Program-made: the position numbers and the translations under genes
Assembly (NCBI GenBank): GCA_964016885.1
Contig: OZ024740.1
Coordinates: 25,110,001-25,174,000, forward strand
Length of the DNA stretch: 64,000 bases
Direction: 5' to 3'
DNA from: Eledone cirrhosa
Lineage: Eukaryota
Notes under the pieces: model-generated
The model's database searches: none
Told to the model about the DNA's origin: nothing
The model's input: the letters and a program-made list of their open reading frames with translations, nothing else
Part shown: positions 54,007 through 63,175 of the stretch, piece after piece
How the letters are laid out: each line of letters starts with the position of its first letter
Numbering within the stretch: position 1 is the first letter of the stretch

Positions 54007-55727
54007 TCATCATCATCATCATTCGTCGACTACTGTCGAGATGATGGATCTCACTCTCACGCCCCAGAATTCCGCGTCCCCCATCGCTGCCCCCAGGTCC
54101 TGTCTACTGATTCCCGTATCCATAGAGACAACGTCAAGGAATGACAGCCCCCAGGTCCTGTCTACTGATTCCCGTATCCATAGAGACAACGTCAGGGAAT
54201 GACAGCCCCCCACTCCCAGTCAGGCTGGAGCCAGGACTCCAGAGCAAGAGAGCGGACACGAACCCACCGCATGCACGGTGACAGTGGCCAGCAAATTGAG
54301 CCCTCCAGGACTCCAGAAGTGCTGAGGCTCGAGGGAGCCTGCCACAGATTTCAGACAAGGTGGGATGTCGTTTCCAGGATAGGTCCCGCACTCCCATTAA
54401 GAGGCGGGTATATGTGCCATCCAATCTCCTCTCAAGTTGCGATGTCAGTGTCCAAGCCTCGGATCCACAAAGCAACATAGCCCAATGGTTGCTTGGAATA
54501 TTTCCAGTTTTAGCTTGTTGGTAAGTTGAGATGTCCACATGGCGCGCATGTCATTGCACGCCGACCATGCCACACCCTTCCTGGTCAGAACATCTTTTTT
54601 GGAGGAGATATATGAGCCAAGATACTTGTAATCTTCCACCCGCTTAAGGGTAGTACCATTAAGGGTTCTGATGGGGCAGTTTGGGCTATTTGCGCATCTG
54701 TTCACATACTCAGTCTTGGATTCGTTGAGGCACAGTCCAACACAGCTGGACGCTTGCTCCAATGACCTCAAAAGACTCTCAGCACCCTCCAGTGACCGAC
54801 TGATCAATGCGATGTCGTCAGCAAAGTCGGTGTCGGTCAAGTATTTTGCTGGGTAGCGTGAGCTTCTCCTAGGCTGTAGCTGGCATACCCCATCCCGAAT
54901 CCCACCCACAGACACGCGCAAAACACAATCCACAACAATGATAAATAGATACGGAACAAGGGCACCGCCCCGCAAAATTCCAGCGAGGATTGAGAAAGGC
55001 GGTGTTTCCCCATCTGGGGCCAGGACAGCCGACCGGGTATCTGCACACACCACACGCATGGCCGCGATGATCCCATCAGGAATCCCATAGAGTTGTAGAA
55101 TTTCAAACATCCAGACCTGTCAACCGAGTCGAAGGCCCTTGAAAAACCAACAAACATGAGTGAAAGGTCTAGATTGCGGTTTTGGACTCCTCTACAAGTT
55201 GGCGAAGCAGAGAATCTGGCCAAGCGCTGATCCACCTCTCCCAAATCCATTCTGGCCGCTACGAAGGATTGGCTCAAGAAATGGGACCAAGCGGCCAATA
55301 AGAAGCCTGCCGTATATCCCTGCAGCAATTGCCATGAGAGAAATTCCCCCATAGTTGGTGGCCAAAGGAAGATCTCCCTTTTTGGGCATGGGGATAATTT
55401 GAGCTGCATGCCAGACGCTATGTGTTTTATTGGTCTCGAAAGTATGGCCACACAAGTCGAGCAAAAGGATGTGGAAACGCTCATCCTTCCAAACAAGGGT
55501 AGGCATACTATCCGGCCCAAAGGCTCCTTGCTTGGAGGGTTGTCAAGGATCTTTCAGGAAAAAACTCAAACTCTGCAGTTAGAATCAAAGGAGGCTCTGC
55601 CAAAAAGCGTCTTGAAAATTGGTCTGCTCATTTTAAAAACCTTCTAGGGAAAAAGGCCAGACTCCCTGATAACTATCAACTGCCATCCGTTCAGGTTTCG
55701 GGGCCTTTGGGAATCGGCACCTCTCCT
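54007..55727 (-). mobile_element. 5'-truncated, 5'-inverted RTE-clade LINE with A-to-G hypermutation and a (TGA)n 3' tail; body 54007-~55525 on the - strand, inverted piece ~55530-55727 on the + strand
   Basis: Minus-strand RT motifs IIPMPKKGDL, QNGF, AFDSVDR, PYLFIIVVD, DTDFADDIAL, YKYLGS, GSEAWTLT...LDGTYTRLL, with frameshifts. The + strand piece reads AWRVVKDLSGK...RLENWSAHFKNLLG (RTE linker). Flanked by (TA)n. Confidence 0.92.
54089..54204. repeat. 58-bp tandem duplication inside the RTE 3' end
   Basis: GCCCCCAGGTCCTGTCTACTGATTCCCGTATCCATAGAGACAACGTCA(A/G)GGAATGACA occurs at 54089 and 54147; GCCCCC recurs at 54205. Confidence 0.93.
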
Positions 55728-55801
55728 ATATATATATATATATATAGATGGTTGTTATATATATATATATACGCAAACATGCACACATATATATATATCA
55801 A

Positions 55802-55844
<43 letters not shown>

Positions 55845-56031
55845 TAATTTAATATATCAACTAACATAAGCGCACAGATGCACGTCCATGCCAGCAAATA
55901 CACAGGTTATGTCATAGTACCTAGGTGGTTCAATGCAGGAGGATGCAGAACAATAATATAAAAGACGTAAAATAAGAAAATATTTAAAAAAAAATTTTAA
56001 AAAAATTTTTTACTTACTTACTTAAATTTTC

Positions 56032-56113
56032 ACTCCAACTAATTAGTTTCTGCAATGGGATAAAGACAGTTACGTAATCCAACTGTCGAGAATTCATTGC
56101 GTCATCAGGGAGT
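56032..56113 (-). ncRNA. Type I hammerhead ribozyme motif (repeat A)
   Basis: Minus strand: ACTCC-CTGATGA-C-GCAATG-AATTCTC-GACAGTT-GGATTACGT-AACTGTC-TTTATCC-CATTGC-A-GAAA-CTAATTAG-TT^GGAGT. Stem I ACTCC/GGAGT, palindromic stem III ACTAATTAGT, GUU cleavage triplet. Confidence 0.82.
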
Positions 56114-56583
56114 CTATTCTCAGCTGAGTCTCCAGGCAATGCGCGGACACTGGCGGCTCATATAAAAATAATAATAATTCGGTAGATAGAACAGCTGGCG
56201 AGGACTGGATTCTATGTACTGAAATTCTCACTGCCACTGGTCAAATGGCCGATTCTAAAGAATCAATCACGTGACACAGAGGCTAGTCAGTAGGAATGGG
56301 ATGGTAAGATGACAGACGCCTACTAACACCCCCCAAAAAATTTAGTAGTCGTTTTGGCAGGTTTGCTCGACAAATCAGTGATTTGGAGATAAATATAGAT
56401 AATTTAATATATCTACTAACATAAGCGCACAGATGTACGCTAATGCCAGCAAATACACAGGTTATGTCATAGTACCTAGGTGGTTCAATGCAGGATGATG
56501 CAGAACAATAATATAAAAGACGTAAAATAAGAAAATTAAAAAAAAAAAATTTTTGAATATTAACTTACTTACTTAAATTTTCA

Positions 56584-56663
56584 CTCCAACTAATTAGTTT
56601 CTGCAATGGGATAAAGACAGTTACGTAATGAACTGTTGAGAATTTCATTGCGTCATCAGGGAG
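56584..56663 (-). ncRNA. Type I hammerhead ribozyme motif (repeat B)
   Basis: Minus strand: CTCC-CTGATGA-C-GCAATG...ACAGTT...AACTGT...CATTGC-A-GAAA-CTAATTAG-TT^GGAG. Core identical to repeat A. Confidence 0.8.
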
Positions 56664-56816
56664 GTCTATTCTCAGCCAAGTCTCCAGGCAATGCGCGGAC
56701 ACTGGGGACTCATACACAGAGATAGATAGATGGATAGATAGATAGGAACATATAGATAAATACATATATATATGTATATATATATATATGTATATATGTA
56801 TATATGTATATATATG

Positions 56817-56919
<103 letters not shown>

Positions 56920-57072
56920 GCACACACACACACGAATATATATATATATATATATACACACACAAACATATATATATATATATAACGAAGGAATTGTGGT
57001 ATGGAACCAGATGGACCATAACGCACCAGAGTACTCAATACTTAGGGTAGTAGAGTGGTTAATAGAAAAAAG

Positions 57073-57186
57073 TATGACCCCGACGGCAGAGCTCAAGTCG
57101 TTTCGACGGCTATTTCTGGACTAAATTCTAATTTCTAATTTCTGGACTAAATTCTAAACGACTTGAGCTCTGCCGTCGGGGTCATA
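57073..57186. repeat. Perfect 31-bp inverted repeat (fold-back) with a 20-bp direct duplication in the loop
   Basis: TATGACCCCGACGGCAGAGCTCAAGTCGTTT (57073-57103) is the exact reverse complement of 57156-57186; ATTTCTGGACTAAATTCTAA occurs at 57112 and 57138. Confidence 0.95.
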
Positions 57187-57414
57187 ATTTTTCCTATATA
57201 TATATTTATAAAAGTTAACGAAGTATCGTTTAATGCAATCCAAGTAGTGGTTATAAGTACTCTGTATCGTGGATGGTTCTAACCTTTGCCGTTGATTGAC
57301 TCGAGAATATATTTACTTAGTTATTTTCATGTTATCATTATTATGTTTTCATGCCTTTATCCTCATATCCCCCGCCACCCATCGCTATGCTTTCCTTCTT
57401 ATTATTCATGTTAT

Positions 57415-57610
57415 TAGGTGGATTCGCAGTATCGGTTGAGGGTCGGACGGACGCCATGCTTTAACGCATAGAGTTACGGGCCTTGCCATTCTAAGTTCAA
57501 ATTACGCCGAGGTTAACTTTGCCTTTCATCCTTACGGGGTCGATAAAATAAAGTACCAGTAATGCACTGGGTATTTGCTAGACTTGTGCCAAAAGTAGAA
57601 ACAACTATTA
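57415..57610 (+). mobile_element. tRNA-derived SINE with a Meta-like domain
   Basis: B-box-like AAGTTCAAATT, then GCCTTTCATCCTTACGGGGTCGATAAAATAAAGTACCAG and TTGTGCCAAAAGTAGAAACAACTATTATT; homologous to 48165-48352 in the opposite orientation. Confidence 0.85.
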
Positions 57611-57803
57611 TTCATGTTAATTTTTATATTATTATGAGTATAAATGCTTTGTAACAACTAAACTGAAATAGTATTTTGAAAAATTGGTTAGTGTAAACCA
57701 CACTTAAAATCGATTGTCGCGACACACTGCGGGTAGCGGTTTTTAGACATACCGGACCAATGAAACATTTGTTAATACTTGGAATAAAGCCTACTACTGT
57801 ACA

Positions 57804-57935
57804 GCCGATCTTTGTTATTCTTCACTCCTTTATATATATAATTATATATATATATATATATATATATAATTATATATATATAATTATATATATATAATTA
57901 TATATATTAAGGAGTGAAGAATAACATAGATCGGC
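57804..57935. repeat. Palindrome: 27-bp inverted arms (one mismatch) around an interrupted (TA)n tract
   Basis: GCCGATCTTTGTTATTCTTCACTCCTT (57804-57830) versus AAGGAGTGAAGAATAACATAGATCGGC (57909-57935). Confidence 0.9.
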
Positions 57936-58174
57936 GGTGACGATGATTGCCTGAACACTGTACGGCATAATTCGGGCTGTTTGTTTACAAACAAACCGAA
58001 CATTATAATAAATCTTCGGTAAACCCATACGTACATATATATATGTGCTTGTATGTATGTATATACATACTACTGTACGTCTGTATCCATATATGTATGT
58101 ACGTATACATACATACTTACATTTAAGTATCAGCCGTACTAAGAGTGAGAAATTAAATTTCGTTTCATTCTTTT

Positions 58175-58314
<140 letters not shown>

Positions 58315-58360
58315 GAAAGGTATAGAAAACATTGTAGCAAAAAGCCAACAGTATTCCATA

Positions 58361-58431
<71 letters not shown>

Positions 58432-58433
<2 letters not shown>

Positions 58434-59689
58434 AAGGTGGGTAAAATTCTCGAGATCCATGGACGAGTTCTCTCCAGCGGTCTCTGTCCCTCATTATCGC
58501 TGCCATATCCTGCATCTCCAACAGACCAGTGTCTGTCCTTAGGGCATCAACATATGTTAACCTTGGTCTTCCTCTTCTAGTGTGTCCATGTAGGGGCTCC
58601 CAAAGGAGAACTGAGTGCAATGTCAACTCTGGATGTCGGTGAGCATGTCCAGCCAACTTCAGTCTCCTCTGTGTCACTTTTGAGCTGACTTTTGGGATGC
58701 TCCCATACAGCTCTGAGTTTTTCATCCTCAGTGTATACTGATTAATGTTCAGAGCCATCCTCAGCATTCTCGTGTATCACCCATCCACCATCTGAGTGAG
58801 TCTCTTGGTCAGTGTCCAAGTCTCAGACCCATACAGCAGCACAGACTCCACTACAGCAATGAAGAGGCGGATTTTCAGGTCTCTACGAAGGTCCGACTTC
58901 CACACCGGCAAAGACCCTCAACAGGATGATTCTTAACAGGATCCAGCCTTAGATGGATAAGAAGCTCAGGAACAACCAGAACGGCTTCAGAGAGGGTATA
59001 TCAACCACCAGTCACATCCTGATGCTGAGGAGGATATTAGAGGGAGCTAGAGCAAAGTGCCTTCCTGCGGTCATGGTTTTCATTGACTTTAGGAAGGCCT
59101 TTGATTCTGTGGACCGTTACTGCCTGATGAAGATCTTACAGGCTTATGGAATCCCCAAGAGGATAGTGGACCTGATATCACTGCTCTACACCAACACCAA
59201 ATCCCAAGTCATTACACCTGATGGGATGACAGAGTTCTTTGAGATACTAGCTGGAGTGCTCCATGGAGATACATTGGCTCCCTACCTTTTTATCATCGTA
59301 GTGGACTATTGTATGCGCCTTGCACTGGAGAAACACCAGGACTCTGGCTTTACTGTAGCACCGGCTCAGAGCAGGAGAGTTGGGGCGAAAAAGGTATCGG
59401 ATGCTGAATTTGCCGACGACATAGTTTTGGTGACAAATACAGTGAAGGAGGCAGAGGATTTGATGCGGGAGGTTGAGACTGTGTCGATGAGTGTGGGGCT
59501 GAGAATGAATGAGACTAAAACAAAATATCTGGTAGAGAATGTTGAGAAGCCAGAGGGGATCACTAATGTAGGCGGGAAGCCGCTGGAATTGGTTGAGGAC
59601 TTCCTGTATTTGGGAGCAAAGATTGGGAATACGGAAGATGATGTGGTTGAGAGGAAGAGCAAGGCCTGGGCGGCGTGTCACAGCTTGAG

Positions 59690-59690
<1 letters not shown>
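58432..59690 (-). mobile_element. 5'-truncated, 5'-inverted RTE-clade LINE (second family): 3' part 58432-~58906 on the - strand, RT core ~58908-59690 inverted on the + strand
   Basis: + strand: NNQNGFREG, FIDFRKAFDSVD, GVLHGDTLAPYLF, EFADD, FLYLG, ending KAWAACHSLR. - strand continues VWKSDL...VESVLLYGSETWTLT...RRLKLAGH...GRPRLTYVD...DRDRWR. Two in-frame stops; (TA)n on both flanks. Confidence 0.93.
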
Positions 59691-59743
<53 letters not shown>

Positions 59744-60535
59744 TGAGAGAGAGTGAGAGAGAGAGAGAGAAGGTGAGCACGGAAAATATATTTTAAGGTC
59801 TCTTTTTCTTTTTTTTTCTTTGATTCGTCAAAGTGACATTATAGAAAAAATGAGAGGGACAATTCTTTTTTAAAAAAATGTTATAATGTATATAAAGTAT
59901 ATAAAGTATATAAAGTGTATAAAGTATTACCGGTTTCGATGTATTAGTAAAATTCATCTTATCAAATGTTGAGTATTACAATTAAAAAGAATTAATAAGA
60001 ATTATAAACTAAAAATTAAAGATTTAAAATTAAGTGTTTGGGCAGATTTTTTTCATCTTCCTTGTTGAGAAGGAAACTGGAATATAAACTCTTGTGTACA
60101 GAGAGAGGTTTAGTCATGGTACTAGCTGCACAGTGTAGGTAGTTGTGTTTCTTCACATAGAACAGAGTTGTTTTGGGGGACAAAGGAAATATTCTGTAAA
60201 TATGTGTGTATCTCAATTGTGTTAGTGGACTGGTCAAGAGTTCAGATGGGTGAAGGACTAGAATTGTAAGCTAAAGACAAATTCTATGGGATTGGCAACA
60301 GCAGGGTTGTAAAAGATCAGTACAATAACGTTTCTTTACATTATTTGGCGGAAAGATTGAAATAATATTTGTTGTTGACTGATAATGTATATTCTTCACG
60401 GCATAATCTCTAGTTCCTTGTAAAAAATAATCTAATCTACCTCGGTGTTTTGGGATTATGTATTTATATCTACAATATACTATCTCACTGTGAAAAGTTT
60501 AGTAGATTCAGTATGAGGTCTGTTATATGACATAT

Positions 60536-60637
60536 AATTGTTTCTACTTTTGGCACACGGCCAGCAATTAATCAGTGTATTACTGGTACTTTATTTTATC
60601 TACCCCGTAATGATGAAAGGCAAAGTTAACCTCGGCG
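60536..60637 (-). mobile_element. 5'-truncated copy of the Meta-like SINE
   Basis: TTGTTTCTACTTTTGGCACACGGCCAGCAATT...TACTGGTACTTTATTTTAT...GATGAAAGGCAAAGTTAACCTCGGCG closely matches 48166-48268. Confidence 0.85.
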
Positions 60638-62659
60638 ATATAATGTTAGTTATTGAAATATAGAGTGACTTGATCTTATATTTCATATATATTGTGTCTA
60701 TGTCTCTTAAACGTATCATCATTGAGTTCAAATTCACGTAGTTCAAATTTGACTTCCATATTTCTGGGGATCAAAAAAATCATGTCACAGTCAAGTACTA
60801 GGGAAGACTTTGTAGTTCACCACCATTACCACCACCACCACCAAACATTGGTTTTATACCAACGTTGGAAACAATTGTTATAAGGTCTGAAATTAGAATT
60901 GTCATCATTAAATGCCCTCTAAACTTGAATAAACTTAATATTATATTAATGAAGTGAAATTATAAATTTGAATACGAAATCTAATGAGAATACTTGAATA
61001 TAGAATATAGAATTTGCATTGTACAAGTGGAGACAATAATAAAAAACAAAAACCATATTTACAAAAACAAATGATAAAAGTGTGGAGTTGTTAAATTTAT
61101 GTGACAGATATTTTAAGTAGTAGGAATATTTCAAGTACTTATAATTGGATTTCATATTTCCTGCCGTTAAGCATCCGCTGAGAGCTTTTTAACCAAATGT
61201 TCAAAATAAGGAAAATAATAACACGGAGATGTATTCATAATACTCTTCATTAAATTTTAAAATCTTTCTTTAAGTTTGTTTTAGCATATTTAATGCCGCA
61301 GAGTGTATTAAATAGCTAAGAATAAATAATTACGTTCTGAGAAAAGCATCTTTGTCTATCACTAATAATGTATCAAATATTTCAACTAGAACGGGAGATA
61401 ACTGCAGGAAGTGTTCTGCCTCAAGCAATTTGATTACATTCAAAGTACTTATCATGTTGTAGTGTAATAATTACTAATAACGTTGCTGTTGCAGAATGAA
61501 ATATCTGTTCTTACTATTACATTTATTTTCTAATGGCTTGTTCTTGGGTTGTTCTAATCAAGCCAGTAAATCCCTGGTATAAAACGCATTATAAACTAAC
61601 AGAAAAACGAACGGATAAGTTGAGACTTAAAACAATAAACTAAATATTTGGAGCAGAATTCTATAATTTATGCAGTTGAATAATTTACTTACACCTGTCC
61701 CTTACCTCACATTTAGAAATCACTCAATTATTTTGATATTATCAATCCGTAATTTATTCCTAATATACATTTAATATTCCATATTAACAATTTAGATAAA
61801 TTGTTTTAAGCCTCAACTGCTCTTCTCATTATAGTACGATAATGTTTGATTTGAACAACCAAAGGCAGCTAATTATGAAATACCAATCAAGCATATCCTA
61901 GTCGTAATGACCCTGTCTTTATTTTAGCCGGAGTATATCCAGAACTACAATATCTCATTTGAGCTTTATTCTGTAGAACAGTGGGATATATTAGAGAGAT
62001 ATTAGGCTACTGCTTCTAGCACATCGAGAGATCACTTAGTAATTCTTTGTTATTAATCTCGCTATCTCTTTACGCAGACTATGAACAGAAGTACATTATC
62101 CGATGTAGTGTTTTTTTTAACGGGCAGTTAGAGTGATCACTTGTAATTGCCGTCGTTAGTTCATCAAAGCTTACTCGAGACATCTGAATACTCTAAAGCC
62201 AGAGATGTGTCTTATTTCTGCCTAAGTTCCTTTTTATTTTAAATATAATAAACGTCCTTTATATCTTTGTTTACGGCTTAGTAAGAGCGGGAGATTGCAG
62301 TGCCCATGACTATCTTCAAAGCCTCTAATACTGGTTGAAATGAGTGAGGAACATATCCACAAGAAATTGACTAGACTGAAATGTTTCGACTTCGCTAAAG
62401 GCACCAATAATTAGGTAGGTATGTTAAACGGGGCAACTACCTACGTTTACTACTCAAATTGGTCACAGTGGAAACTGAATGCTAGATTTGCTCTACACGG
62501 TAATGATTTCAATCTTTTACAAAATAATAATTATTTCATGTTTCTGAGTAAACTCCAATTTGTTCTAATGGAGATGTTCTGTGATCAGGGGCTTTCCAGT
62601 CGTGGCCAACCTGTCATGATTCTTATCATTTTTTCTCATTAATAATTTTACATACAGTA

Positions 62660-62974
62660 CCATATGAACAAAGATGCCTAAGAAAAATCCTGAAATTCAT
62701 TTGTCGAGACCGGATTATTAATGTAGAGGTGTTGAAGAGAAGTAGACAGAGGCTACTGACTGACACCAACCCCGAAAGGCACCTGAAACAGGCTGGAAAC
62801 CCTCTGTGGCAATGAAATGGATACCAGTGGGTAGAAAGCGGAAAAGGGGAGACCCAAGAAAACCGGGCGCTCAACTTTCAAAGAAGATCTCTAGAGGATT
62901 GGACTGCACTGGTAATATTGGAGAAAACTCATTGCCCAATATTCCCCAGGACATAGGAGAACCTAAGACTAAGA
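62660..62974 (+). mobile_element. Old 3' fragment of an RTE-clade LINE with a CTAAGA-type tail
   Basis: Manual translation gives YEQRCLRKILKFICRDRIINVEVLKRS...AMKWIPVGRKRKRG/RPKKTGRSTFKEDL...WRKLIAQY...RT*, followed by CTAAGACTAAGA. Confidence 0.75.
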
Positions 62975-63069
62975 TCATGTAATTCAATGCTATTTTCCTT
63001 TTTTAAATGGTAGTGTGAAATTTGAAAGTTATTCTGTTAGCATTCTCGTCACAGAGAGTAATCACTTAT

Positions 63070-63175
63070 AGGAGTCGGACAAACGAGTTCCAGTCTTTAT
63101 TGTGTGTTCAAATCCCACTGAGATAAACTTCACTTTTGGTTCTTCCGGTAGTGTAGATAAATAAAGTCCCTATCT
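63070..63175 (+). mobile_element. Highly diverged SINE remnant
   Basis: B-box-like GTGTTCAAATCCC followed by a decayed Meta-like segment (GAGATAAACTTCACTTTT...CTTCCGG...GATAAATAAAGTCC). Confidence 0.45.

Larger units (their letters stand above)
55838..56714 (-). mobile_element. Non-coding retrozyme-like (non-autonomous Penelope-type) element: direct repeats 55838-56162 and 56393-56714 flanking a ~230-bp unique core, one hammerhead per repeat
   Basis: Two ~320-bp imperfect direct repeats, each with a complete hammerhead on the - strand; no meaningful ORF; bounded by (TA)n/(GATA)n. Confidence 0.75.

Noticed and set aside
58953-59756. Functional reverse transcriptase gene (267-aa ORF)
   Set aside because: Truncated, inverted relative to its own 3' half, preceded by an in-frame stop and running into (TA)n.
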